Part shown: positions 11,035 to 23,638 of the stretch, piece after piece
Layout: each line of letters begins with the position of its first letter
How positions within the stretch are numbered: the first letter of the stretch is position 1
From: Octopus bimaculoides
Taxonomy: Eukaryota
NCBI RefSeq assembly: GCF_001194135.2
Contig: NC_068994.1
Span: 44,040,898-44,079,656 of the forward strand
Direction: 5' to 3'
Length of the DNA stretch: 38,759 nt
Program-made: the position numbers and the translations under genes
Notes under the pieces: generated by a model
Database searches by the model: none
What the model saw: the letters and a program-made list of their open reading frames with translations, nothing else
Told to the model about the DNA's origin: nothing

Positions 11035-11914
11035 ACACACACACTCTTTATACAGATATATAAGCATATATACATATGTATGCTCACACTCACACACACA
11101 TGCATACACACACAACACACGCACACACACACACACACACACACATATTGTGAAACATACAAATGAACATTTACAATATATTACTAATAATCTTTTCTGT
11201 GAAGTGTATGTTAAGGTCACCTTTCCATATAACAATAAAAATTTCTCTTGTGATATTGATGATACTTATAATAAAAATAAGAACCATCCAAGAACTGAAG
11301 AATTATCAGAGAAGAGCACTAAAAATTTTGGGACAAGTTCAATAGACCTGCAATGATTGTGACCAGAGGCGAGTAATAAAAGCCAACCAAGTGATTCAAA
11401 ATATGAAATTATCCAAACTGGTCTTGAAACCTATTCTGTGAACTTAGTTTTAAGCATTTAAGCATGCACAAGAGGGTATAACTTAACAGATTTCGGTAAC
11501 ATAAGAATTCATTTGAATTTAAGCTAATTATAATTGTTCTTTAGCAAGGCTATTGCTGCAAAGTGTAATATGCTGATATTTGACATTAATAGTACGTTTG
11601 AGTCAAGTTTAATATGATATTCGATTAATATTAATGCATATGTGAGTATATAATGTTAATGTGTACGGATACACACACACACACACACGCACGCACACAC
11701 ACGCACACACACACACACACAATCCAAATTAGAAGATGAAGAAATAGGCTAGTGCATCTACATAAATGTATACATTTACATATATGTATGTAATATATAT
11801 GCATATATAAATGTGTGTGTGTGTGTGTCTATATGTATATTTGCTTGTGTATATATATGTGTGTGTATGTGTATGTATATATATATGTGTGTATGTATAT
11901 ATGTATATTATATA

Positions 11915-11962
<48 letters not shown>

Positions 11963-12289
11963 NNNNNNNNNNNNNNNNNNNNNNNNNNNNNNNNNNNNNN
12001 NNNNNNNNNNNNNNNNNNNNNNNNNNNNNNNNNNNNNNNNNNNNNNNNNNNNNNNNNNNNNNNNNNNNNNNNNNNNNNNNNNNNNNNNNNNNNNNNNNNN
12101 NNNNNNNNNNNNNNNNNNNNNNNNNNNNNNNNNNNNNNNNNNNNNNNNNNNNNNNNNNNNNNNNNNNNNNNNNNNNNNNNNNNNNNNNNNNNNNNNNNNN
12201 NNNNNNNNTATATGTATATGCATATATGTATATATATGGTTGTCTGTATGTATGCATATATGTAGAGTACATAAATACATATATATATA

Positions 12290-12331
<42 letters not shown>

Positions 12332-13082
12332 CAGTTATGTAGATATATTTCTAGTTAGAAAATTAATTGAAACTTCTTCCATGTGATATATTAATCAGTT
12401 TTGACTGGATTAAAGCTTAATTCCTTAATATAATGTCGGTTTCTGTAAGAATGCTTTAAACAACTAATCTAAAATATTTGTGGTAAGTTTCCAATGTAAA
12501 AATCTTGTTTATTTACATTTACACAATCATGTTTATTAAAAGAAATCAAAACCTGAAGCTGATATGATGCTGGGAGCTGTAAACAGGAAAAACAATTCAC
12601 AGGCCAAAGATGCTGTCAGTTTTCTGAAAGACACACTGATATGACAGATCTAGAGAGGCTACACACACACACACACACACTCTTTCTCACTTACATACAC
12701 ACACATCTATCCATTCTTCTATTCATCAGTTCATCCAGCCAGCCAGCCAGCCATGCATACATTCCTACCTACCGCTCTACCTATCTACCTACCTACATCC
12801 ATCCATTCACACACACACACACACATATGTACATTAGAATGAAAGAATAAGCCAGCAAAACATGTGGTATAATTTTAGAGCATGTAATTTAAAATCCAAA
12901 CATAAATGCTGAGTTGTTAGAATAAATAATAGATTAAGAAGTCACTCATAATGTCTTTTAAAACTGATTCTAGAATAGCTGTGCATTTTGTGCATATCTC
13001 ATTGAGTAAAGATTTCAATATAAAAGCCAACTATTCCATCTTCAGAGAGGAAGGGTTAAGGAATATCCTGAATAAAGGATAT

Positions 13083-13205
13083 TAGCAGTTACCAGTTCCA
13101 TAGTTGAAGAATTATTGACCCCAAAAGGATGAAAGGCAAAGTCAACCTTTGAGAGTTAACGAAATAATGTTGGTTCCTGACATGTAAGATGAACTCAGAA
13201 CAGAA
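13083..13205 (-). mobile_element. Family B SINE fragment
   Basis: gaccccaaaaggatgaaaggcaaagtcaacc...gaactcagaac is the reverse complement of the family B core. Confidence 0.6.
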
Positions 13206-13352
13206 ACATTCATGATGGACAAATTGTATATAAGCTTACGCAGTTACTAGTGGTCAACATATCTGCCATAAGGCAATAACAGATATAACAGCAGATGAAA
13301 AGGCAAGTTAATAACAAATGACAAACCACCATTTTGATTATCTATAGCAATA

Positions 13353-13515
13353 TATGGATTAACTATTCCTATGTTAATCATCTCCAATAACAGCGAGGAG
13401 ATCTATTTAATGACCATTGAGTCATCTATCTAGACAAGATAGAATCATATCTTCAATGTTAGTCTCACTTTTTGATACCAGATGGATAAGCAAATGAAAC
13501 AATAGTTAATCCATA
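13353..13515. mobile_element. Small MITE-like element
   Basis: Perfect 15-bp inverted repeat TATGGATTAACTATT (13353-13367) / AATAGTTAATCCATA (13501-13515), with TA at both outer ends. Confidence 0.6.
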
Positions 13516-13887
13516 CAGTACTCCATACTTGAGAACAGACAAGCGAAATGTTTATCTTGCATTTGTGTGTTAAACTACGTGCACTTTCATTTGCTGTTCT
13601 CTTGATAGAATAGCCTCATAGCTTATGATATACATCACCAATCAAATGTTTGCGTTGCAAGTTTATACATTGTTTCCTATAATGAAGTTTACCATTCTGA
13701 ATTTCAACCTATAGGGAATTAACTTTGATTTCGTTTTCTTTTCTCTTTTTTTTTTATTCTTCATCTTTATAAATCTTTATAAATATATTGAAAATATACT
13801 AGGGTGAGCTCTTTGAGAATGCTTTGAGCAAACTCAGTATATTCAGTGCAGAAACTCATACATGAACACCAGTGCAATATTAGATAT

Positions 13888-13960
13888 ATACATACATACA
13901 TACATACATACATACATACATACATACATACATACATACATACATACATACATACATACA

Positions 13961-13991
<31 letters not shown>
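13888..13991 (+). repeat. (TACA)n microsatellite
   Basis: Perfect tetranucleotide run. Confidence 0.95.
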
Positions 13992-13993
<2 letters not shown>

Positions 13994-14541
13994 TTATTTA
14001 TTTATGAGTGTGTATATATANNNNNNNNNNNNNNNNNNNNNNNNNNNNNNNNNNNNNNNNNNNNNNNNNNNNNNNNNNNNNNNNNNNNNNNNNNNNNNNN
14101 NNNNNNNNNNNNNNNNNNNNNNNNNNNNNNNNNNNNNNNNNNNNNNNNNNNNNNNNNNNNNNNNNNNNNNNNNNNNNNNNNNNNNNNNNNNNNNNNNNNN
14201 NNNNNNNNNNNNNNNNNNNNNNNNNNNNNNNNNNNNNNNNNNNNNNNNNNNNNNNNNNNNNNNNNNNNNNNNNNNNNNNNNNNNNNNNNNNNNNNNNNNN
14301 NNNNNNNNNNNNNNNNNNNNNNNNNNNNNNNNNNNNNNNNNNNNNNNNNNNNNNNNNNNNNNNNNNNNNNNNNNNNNNNNNNNNNNNNNNNNNNNNNNNN
14401 NNNNNNNNNNNNNNNNNNNNNNNNNNNNNNNNNNNNNNNNNNNNNNNNNNNNNNNNNNNNNNNNNNNNNNNNNNNNNNNNNNNNNNNNNNNNNNNNNNNN
14501 NNNNNNNNNNNNNNNNNNNNNNNNNNNNNNNNNNNNNNNNN

Positions 14542-15361
14542 TAGTAAATGAGTATATGCATATATACGTACAGGTATGTGCATACCGACATCCACCTGTA
14601 TGTATAGGTGCATATCTGGGTACAGGACATTGCAAACAAAACATAGACGAGAAAACACACAAGCCACATAGAGAACATTCTTCTTCATCAGCTACCCCCG
14701 TTTTAACACCGGCGTTTCGAAGAGCTGGGCAGGACGCATCGTTAAAACGGCTCTTCCCATGGACCGCAAATTAAATTTGTATACACAAATTAAACCTTGC
14801 CATGGAGGAATGTAGTGGCGGACAAAAAACAAGACAGGAAAACAAACAATAAAGGCTATACGGTCAGACGGGAAAAATTATGTGTGTGAACGCTGTGAGG
14901 CACGAACTTGAAAGTGGGGACGAAGTAAGTTCGCGTGTTTGCTTGGCGATAGCCAAGGAAGAAAAGGATTATTGACCGGAAGCATGTGACCATGCCGGTG
15001 TAAGGGGAAGAGAGAGAGAGTGGTAGAGGGAGAAACAAAGGGAGGAAGTAGAAGAATAGGTGAGCAACGAGAGGAAAAGAGGAAGAGAGGAAAAGAGGAA
15101 GAGAGGAAAAGAAGAAGAGAGGAAGTATGAGGGGGGAAAAGGAGATACGTAGTAGTAACAGAGGAAGAATGAGAGGGGTAAAGAGAGATACGTAGTAGTA
15201 AACAGAGGAAGAACGAGAGGGGGAAAAATTGAGGAGGAAGAGAAAGAGAAAGATACATAGGAATGCAAAAATACAGTTTTGGTTCCTAACTTCGAAATTG
15301 TAATAGAGGACTAACCTTTTAATTTTATTTAAATTTTGAGCTTTATGTCATGTCGCCTGCC
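14542..15361 (-). mobile_element. Young repeat, probable PLE-type 3' end (pyrimidine-rich tract, palindromes, hammerhead-like half core, terminal hairpin)
   Basis: Shares 179 bp at 98% with 2433-2611. On the minus strand a CT-rich tract (15260-15000) precedes stem-rich sequence and GAAAC-GCCGGT-GT. The family assignment is inference and the 5' part is in a gap. Confidence 0.5.
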
Positions 15362-16128
15362 NNNNNNNNNNNNNNNNNNNNNNNNNNNNNNNNNNNNNNN
15401 NNNNNNNNNNNNNNNNNNNNNNNNNNNNNNNNNNNNNNNNNNNNNNNNNNNNNNNNNNNNNNNNNNNNNNNNNNNNNNNNNNNNNNNNNNNNNNNNNNNN
15501 NNNNNNNNNNNNNNNNNNNNNNNNNNNNNNNNNNNNNNNNNNNNNNNNNNNNNNNNNNNNNNNNNNNNNNNNNNNNNNNNNNNNNNNNNNNNNNNNNNNN
15601 NNNNNNNNNNNNNNNNNNNNNNNNNNNNNNNNNNNNNNNNNNNNNNNNNNNNNNNNNNNNNNNNNNNNNNNNNNNNNNNNNNNNNNNNNNNNNNNNNNNN
15701 NNNNNNNNNNNNNNNNNNNNNNNNNNNNNNNNNNNNNNNNNNNNNNNNNNNNNNNNNNNNNNNNNNNNNNNNNNNNNNNNNNNNNNNNNNNNNNNNNNNN
15801 NNNNNNNNNNNNNNNNNNNNNNNNNNNNNNNNNNNNNNNNNNNNNNNNNNNNNNNNNNNNNNNNNNNNNNNNNNNNNNNNNNNNNNNNNNNNNNNNNNNN
15901 NNNNNNNNNNNNNNNNNNNNNNNNNNNNNNNNNNNNNNNNNNNNNNNNNNNNNNNNNNNNNNNNNNNNNNNNNNNNNNNNNNNNNNNNNNNNNNNNNNNN
16001 NNNNNNNNNNNNNNNNNNNNNNNNNNNNNNNNNNNNNNNNNNNNNNNNNNNNNNNNNNNNNNNNNNNNNNNNNNNNNNNNNNNNNNNNNNNNNNNNNNNN
16101 NNNNNNNNNNNNNNNNNNNNNNNNNNNN

Positions 16129-16185
<57 letters not shown>

Positions 16186-17379
16186 ATGTGTGTGTGTGTC
16201 TATACACGCACATATATATATACTGTTCAGCTCATCAACAAGTAATAACATATAAGATATATTAGACATCTCATTCACTACCTGCTCGACTCACTTTATG
16301 AAGTAGTGAAGGAGAAGAGAGATATCTAGTGATTTTTTCCCAACATTTTTCTTATAAACTATGACACCCAGGTTAGAGGTAGCCAGGGTATTTTAATAAA
16401 TATTACTATCGTAATGATAAAAATCTTCTAATAATAGTTATTGATTAACTGTGCGCATAGCCACTACTGTATGATTAAGAAGTTTGCGTTACAACCACAT
16501 AGTTCCAGATACCAGAGTGGTGTTGTTGGTATGATTGGGGGATGTGGTTTAAAGTCCAACTTTGATCAGCAGATCTACTGATCTACCATCAGAAGGTGTT
16601 CTGGCCATGGCTGACCATCCTCAGTTTTTATATATCGTAGGTTACTTTTCGCTTCTGTTTCCTTTCTGTGTTTCTTAGCTTAAGGAATAGAATTAAATCT
16701 GTAAGGGGTCCGGTTGCTTAAGGCGAGCAGGTCAAGTGACCACGATGAGACACCCATCATTAAATGATGTTGTTGTTGTTGTTGTTGTTGTTGTTGTNNN
16801 NNNNNNNNNNNNNNNNNNNNNNNNNNNNNNNNNNNNNNNNNNNNNNNNNNNNNNNNNNNNNNNNNNNNNNNNNNNNNNNNNNNNNNNNNNNNNNNNNNNN
16901 NNNNNNNNNNNNNNNNNNNNNNNNNNNNNNNNNNNNNNNNNNNNNNNNNNNNNNNNNNNNNNNNNNNNNNNNNNNNNNNNNNNNNNNNNNNNNNNNNNNN
17001 NNNNNNNNNNNNNNNNNNNNNNNNNNNNNNNNNNNNNNNNNNNNNNNNNNNNNNNNNNNNNNNNNNNNNNNNNNNNNNNNNNNNNNNNNNNNNNNNNNNN
17101 NNNNNNNNNNNNNNNNNNNNNNNNNNNNNNNNNNNNNNNNNNNNNNNNNNNNNNNNNNNNNNNNNNNNNNNNNNNNNNNNNNNNNNNNNNNNNNNNNNNN
17201 NNNNNNNNNNNNNNNNNNNNNNNNNNNNNNNNNNNNNNNNNNNNNNNNNNNNNNNNNNNNNNNNNNNNNNNNNNNNNNNNNNNNNNNNNNNNNNNNNNNN
17301 NNNNNNNNNNNNNNNNNNNNNNNNNNNNNNNNNNNNNNNNNNNNNNNNNNNNNNNNNNNNNNNNNNNNNNNNNNNNNNN

Positions 17380-17485
17380 CATCATCACCACCACCATCAT
17401 CACCACCACCATCATCATCACCACCACCACCACCACCACCACCACGACAACTACTACCATCATCATCATCATCATCATCATCATT

Positions 17486-17517
<32 letters not shown>

Positions 17518-17520
17518 AAT
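17380..17520 (+). repeat. (CAT)n/(CAC)n compound microsatellite
   Basis: Directly visible. The far side of the gap is (GTT)n at 16768-16797. Confidence 0.95.
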
Positions 17521-17607
17521 GCTCACTTTATATAACTATGATGCCATGTCAAGACAAGGAGACACAAACCAAACATACACATAATCATACATGAATACAC
17601 ACACACA

Positions 17608-17718
17608 CAACGGGCTTCTCTCGGTTTCTATCTACCAAATCCCCTCACAAGGCTTTGGGTGGTCCAGGGTTAGAGTAGAAGACTTTTGCATGCACAATGG
17701 CACTGAGCCCAAACTCTG
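17608..17718 (-). mobile_element. SINE family A fragment
   Basis: acgggcttctctcggtttctatctaccaaatcccctcacaaggctttgg is the reverse complement of 21737-21786. Confidence 0.75.
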
Positions 17719-17764
17719 ATCCTTTCTCTCAGTCTCTCTCTCTCCCTTTCTCAGAATATATATA

Positions 17765-17860
17765 TTCTACCTCTGATGAGCACAGGGTTACATAATCAAA
17801 CTATTACTTAACACTCCTCTGAACCCCTAGCACGAAACCAATTGGTAAGATCAGGTGTAA
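17765..17860 (+). ncRNA. Type I hammerhead ribozyme motif with extended helix II and palindromic helix III
   Basis: CTGATGA-G (17773-17780), about 53 nt including AGGGTT/AACCCCT, then C-GAAAC (17833-17838), palindrome ACCAATTGGT (17837-17846) and GUA triplet ending at 17847. Helix I: CT/AG, 5-nt bulge, then TTCTAC pairing imperfectly with GTGTAA. Confidence 0.75.
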
Positions 17861-17961
17861 TGGATATATAATACATATACACTTCAGTTAATATATATAT
17901 ACACATACGTGTATATATAAAAAATATATATATATATACATACACTCATGTATATATGCAT

Positions 17962-17992
<31 letters not shown>

Positions 17993-18002
17993 CATACATA
18001 TG

Positions 18003-18064
<62 letters not shown>

Positions 18065-18077
18065 TNNNNNNNNNNNG

Positions 18078-18111
<34 letters not shown>

Positions 18112-18417
18112 CATAGATATATATATACATACATACATACATACATACATACATACACACATACATGCATATATATACATACTTATGCTCAAGCTTATAT
18201 TAACTAACACGTCTTTTCCTTTTCTGAGATATTGAAGCGAGATTTGAATGAGACATAGCTGCTGTTTCTAGCACCTTCGTAGTGGTGCACTGTGGTCAGC
18301 CTTAGATGAGGAGAGTTGAAAGTATAAAGAAAGAAATTAGACAATACTCAGTGAATTGTTACCTTTTTGCTACAGACAGGTACACATACATTCATATGTC
18401 TATACATACACTCACAG

Positions 18418-18450
<33 letters not shown>

Positions 18451-18640
18451 NNNNNNNNNNNNNNNNNNNNNNNNNNNNNNNNNNNNNNNNNNNNNNNNNN
18501 NNNNNNNNNNNNNNNNNNNNNNNNNNNNNNNNNNNNNNNNNNNNNNNNNNNNNNNNNNNNNNNNNNNNNNNNNNNNNNNNNNNNNNNNNNNNNNNNNNNN
18601 NNNNNNNNNNNNNNNNNNNNNNNNNNNNNNNNNNNNNTAT

Positions 18641-18674
<34 letters not shown>

Positions 18675-18709
18675 CTCTCTGTGTGTGTATATATATATGT
18701 ATGTATGCA

Positions 18710-18746
<37 letters not shown>

Positions 18747-19039
18747 GAATGTGTATGTATGTATGAGCTAGTGTATGACATAGCTCTAGTTACTTCACTG
18801 TAATTATTAGATAATAGAATGTTCCGAATATTACAAATGTAATGTTCTTGACTCTCTGATGCCTTTGGTAATGAGAATAATTGCAGGTTCTTTGCAAGCA
18901 GAATCTTCTCACACCTTCACATTATCTGAATTACAAGAGAAAACTCTGATGTCATTTTAAAAACATTTTACTATTTCCTTGCTGAAATATCATAGACCAG
19001 ATATTGCCAGTAACAAAAATGGGCGTGAAAATTGTCGAA

Positions 19040-19097
19040 ACTGACGATGGTGTTGATGCTGGAGTGTTGATGCCGGTGTTGGTGTTGGTGCTGGTGA

Positions 19098-19139
<42 letters not shown>

Positions 19140-19497
19140 CAACTTTGGTGATGATGGTGGTGATAGTAAAGATGATGAACAGGAGGAGGATGGTGACAAC
19201 AATGATCCTGATGATGATGATGATGGTGGTGGTGATGATGATGATGATGATGATGATGATGGTGATGATAATGATGATGATGATGGTGGTGCTGGTGGTG
19301 CTGGTGGTGGTGGTGCTGGTGGTGGTGATGATGATGATGATGATGGTGATGACGATCATGATGATGGTGGTGGTGGTGGTCGTGATGATGATGATGAGGA
19401 TGATGATGATCGTGATGGATGGACGGATGGATGGACGGATGGATGGTGGTTGAGATGATCATAAAGACGATTAACTTAATGAGAGTCATGATGGTAG

Positions 19498-19530
<33 letters not shown>

Positions 19531-19696
19531 CAACAATAACAACAATGATAAAAATGAGAGTCATGATGGTAGTGATGATGACGACGAATTTAATTATAAT
19601 GGTGATGATGATGATGACGACAGTGACCACAATGACGACAACGATGACGACGACAACGATGACGATGACAACTATGACAATGACAACTATGACGAC

Positions 19697-19727
<31 letters not shown>

Positions 19728-20056
19728 CTAATAATAGTGATGATGAACACGATTATGATTTTTATTGCTATGATGAGGATAATGAAGTTGGTAATTTTAC
19801 AAGTGATATTGGCAATGATGATGAAAATTAGAAAGATGGTGCAGCAGTGAGTGTTGACCAAGGCAACAAGGCTAACGATGATTATGATGATGATGATGAT
19901 GATGATGACGATGACGATGACGATGACGATGATGATGATAGTGATGATGATGATGATGATGATGAATATGATGATAATGATGACGATGATGATGACGATG
20001 ATGATGATGAGTATGATGATGATAATGATGATTAAGACTATGATGATGATTATGAC

Positions 20057-20090
<34 letters not shown>

Positions 20091-21080
20091 CTTATGGTGA
20101 CAACGAATGTGACGAAAACAGCGATGAAGATAATGACATTGGTGACAGCAACGATGACAATGACAAAGCCTTGGTGACGAAAACAATGACAAGGGCCATG
20201 GCAATGGAGATAGGGAGGACCATGGAGAAGATGACGAAAATGACGGTGGCGCTCTAGCCGAGGACTCTGCTGTTGACAATGACGGCGTCAAAATGACCAA
20301 TATGATGACAAATATGATGAATATGATGTTGATGATAATGATGATGATGGTGATGGTGGTGGTGATGATGTTGCTGTTGGAATTGTCTATAATGAGGAGG
20401 AGGAAGAGGATTATAGTGGAGGAGATGTTAGTCATGATGTTGATGGTGGTGGGGAACATGGTACTGGAGAAAAAGAATGCAGTGGTGGTGGTAGTGGTAT
20501 TGATGCTGGTGCTCGTGGTGCAGCAAGTGCTGCTTGGGTTGCTGTTGTTGTTGTTGGTGGTAGTGGTGGTGGTAGTGGTGGTGTGGTGGTGGTGGTGGTG
20601 GGAGGGTTGTGCAGGTGTTGCTCAGGTTGCTGCTGTTGTTGTTGTTGGTGGTGGTGGTGGCAGTGGTGGTGGTGTGGTGNNNNNNNNNNNNNNNNNNNNN
20701 NNNNNNNNNNNNNNNNNNNNNNNNNNNNNNNNNNNNNNNNNNNNNNNNNNNNNNNNNNNNNNNNNNNNNNNNNNNNNNNNNNNNNNNNNNNNNNNNNNNN
20801 NNNNNNNNNNNNNNNNNNNNNNNNNNNNNNNNNNNNNNNNNNNNNNNNNNNNNNNNNNNNNNNNNGTGGGGGTGGTGATGGTAGTGGTGACGGTGGTGAT
20901 GGTGGTGGTGGTGGTGGTGGGAGTGGTCATGGTGGTGATGGTGGTGGTGGTGTTTCTGGTGGTGTTGGTGGTACGTGCGGCGGTGACAGTGACGGTGTTG
21001 CTAGTGGTGGCAGTGGTGGTGGTTGGGATGGTGATAGTGGTGGGGAATGATAGCGGTGCTGGTAGTGGTACTGGTGGTGC
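19040..21080 (+). repeat. Compound degenerate trinucleotide array (GAT/GGT/GAC/GTT/GCT)
   Basis: About 2 kb of low-complexity triplet runs. Produces the poly-M, poly-D and poly-H ORFs. Confidence 0.95.
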
Positions 21081-21538
21081 TGCTGGTAGCAGAAGCAGTG
21101 CTAGAGGTGGTAAGAGTTTAAAAAACAAAAAACAAAAAAAAAAGCAAAAGAAAAAAATGGTGGTGAATATTTCGACAGCAATGATATCGATAAGAATTGC
21201 AGGCACAAACATAATAAAGAAGAAGTCTGCAGAGAAAGAATTATCCAAGTTTTATCCGTTATTTTTATATTTTATATTCCCCAGAATTTTGACAACTTCA
21301 ATGAATGGAGAAAGTTGGTGTTAAAATGATGGAACCATAGTCTTGATACGCTATCAGTAGCACTGTAACCATTAGTAGCAGTAACATTATTACTCAGACT
21401 ATAACAATTCTGTGTTAGTGTGCATGTATGTGTGTATATGCACATATACACACATATATATATATATACACGGATACATGTACATATGTATACATACATA
21501 TGGATGTATAAATATGCATAAATATATGTAAATGTGTC

Positions 21539-21571
<33 letters not shown>

Positions 21572-21624
21572 GCATACACACACACTTCTACATATACATG
21601 TTTATATGCAAACTTATACATATA

Positions 21625-21884
21625 GGTGCAGGAGTGGCTGTGTGATAAGTAGCTTGCTTACCAACCACATGGTCATGGGTTCAGTCCCAATGTGTGGTAC
21701 CTTGGGCAAGTGTCTTCTACTATAGCCTCAGGCCGACCAAAGCCTTGTGAGTGGATTTGGTAGACGGGAACTGGAAGAAGCCCGTCATGTGTGTGTGTGT
21801 GTGTGTGTTTGTCCCCCGAACATCGCTTGACCATCGATGCTGGTGTGTTTATGTCTCCATAACTTAGCGGTTCAGCAAAAGAAT
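21625..21884 (+). mobile_element. tRNA-derived SINE (family A), head plus (TG)n plus start of body
   Basis: ggtgcaggagtggctgtgtgataag A-box region, GGTTCAGTCCC B-box, ccttgggcaagtgtctt, (TG)n spacer, then tgtcccccgaacatcgcttgacc...taacttagcggttcagcaaaaga. Confidence 0.85.
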
Positions 21885-22103
21885 CCAACCCACTAAGGGA
21901 TAATATCTATCCAATATACTGCTGGAAGAATACCCAATTATTATTACACTAGTGTTTTTCATTGCATTTGTATATTGTTATAATTGTCCTTTTAGTAAAT
22001 AAACAAGTAAATTGACATAATATAATGTCTATAAGTTGATGAATACCACCTATTAATCCCCTCCATTTTCTTATTGCTATATAAAAGTATATATAATATA
22101 TAA

Positions 22104-22146
<43 letters not shown>

Positions 22147-22517
22147 NNNNNNNNNNNNNNNNNNNNNNNNNNNNNNNNNNNNNNNNNNNNNNNNNNNNNN
22201 NNNNNNNNNNNNNNNNNNNNNNNNNNNNNNNNNNNNNNNNNNNNNNNNNNNNNNNNNNNNNNNNNNNNNNNNNNNNNNNNNNNNNNNNNNNNNNNNNNNN
22301 NNNNNNNNNNNNNNNNNNNNNNNNNNNNNNNNNNNNNNNNNNNNNNNNNNNNNNNNNNNNNNNNNNNNNNNNNNNNNNNNNNNNNNNNNNNNNNNNNNNN
22401 NNNNNNNNNNNNNNNNNNNNNNNNNNNNNNNNNNNNNNNNNNNNNNNNNNNNNNNNNNNNNNNNNNNNNNNNNNNNNNNNNNNNNNNNNNNNNNNNNNNN
22501 NNNNNNNNNNNNNNNNN

Positions 22518-22565
<48 letters not shown>

Positions 22566-22619
22566 GTGTGTGTGTATATATACACACATATAATATTTAC
22601 ATGTATATGTGTGTGAGTT

Positions 22620-22790
22620 TATAGTCCCTGTCATCATCTGACAACCAGTGTTAGTTTGTTTATGTCCTTGTAACTTAACATTTTACAAAAGAGATTGATA
22701 GAATCAGTACCAGATTTTAAAAATATATATATATACTTGGATTGATTTGTTCAAGATGGAGTTCCAGTATGGCCAAAGGAAAAAGATATA
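22620..22790 (+). mobile_element. Decayed SINE family A body
   Basis: gtcatcatctgacaaccagtgttag...gtaacttaac...aaaagagattgatagaatcagtacc...gttccagtatggcc aligns loosely with 9768-9992 reversed. Confidence 0.55.
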
Positions 22791-23564
22791 ATTTGAATTA
22801 ATGTTGACAGTAATTAAAACTGAGATTTTCTGCTGTTTTTACTTCGAGTTTTGTATAACTGCTTTTTGACATTGTTGATATGTATTGCATTAAGTAAGCT
22901 TATGAAGGTCTTACATACTTGATCAAAATAAGAATTATAAATATCAAGATTGTAAGATTTAAATCTTATAATATAAAATTTAATACTTAAAATATTTAAA
23001 ATATGATGGTTTAACAGCATCATCTTTTAAAAGAATTGAGATGAAAAAATTAAAAAGAATAGAGAATAAGAAATATGTTAGAAAACTATATGGATATAGA
23101 TAATGGAAAAGAAAGAAGTAGAGAAATGGGAAAAATGTAGGAAGAGCATGGAAAAATAAAGAAAGATTAAGACAGGATAATGTGGAAAAGAAAGAAAAGA
23201 CAGAGTGATAGATCTGTGAAAAGAAAAGGATGAAGCAGAAGGAAGTTGATCACAGAATCTGTATATCATTACTTTAAAACGTTTAGTAACTTAAGATACA
23301 ATTGTGTAATGTAGAAGAGTATCTATAAGGAAAGAAGGGGAAATAAATACTAATATATAAATGTATGTAAATATATAAACATCGGTCCATGAAAGAAAGT
23401 GGGGGGGGGAGCAGGGAATGAAGGAGATGGTGATGTAAATGTATTATGCCTACAAGGTAGAGAAAAATTGATAATACATGTACAGGAGTTGAAGGAAAAA
23501 AGAGAAAAGAAAGTCACAATAAGGTAAAAAAAAAAAGAAGAGGAAGAAAACGAAAGAGTGAGAT

Positions 23565-23568
<4 letters not shown>

Positions 23569-23614
<46 letters not shown>

Positions 23615-23638
23615 GGAGAGAGAGAGAGAGAGAGAGAC
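23569..23638 (+). repeat. (GA)n microsatellite
   Basis: Directly visible. Confidence 0.95.

Noticed and set aside
11150-11356. Two overlapping short ORFs in unique sequence
   Set aside because: No recognisable homology, weak splice signals, and the length is within chance expectation.
14698-14757. HDV-like ribozyme fold from the GAAGAGC/GCTCTTC and CGTTTTAAC/GTTAAAACG pseudoknot
   Set aside because: P1 and P2 order fits, but no P3, P1.1 or catalytic J4/2 cytosine context can be drawn.
21625-21700. Possible tRNA genes at SINE heads (also 10804, 24400-24468 and 28036)
   Set aside because: A and B boxes are present, but there is no complete cloverleaf or acceptor stem, and each continues into a repeat body.
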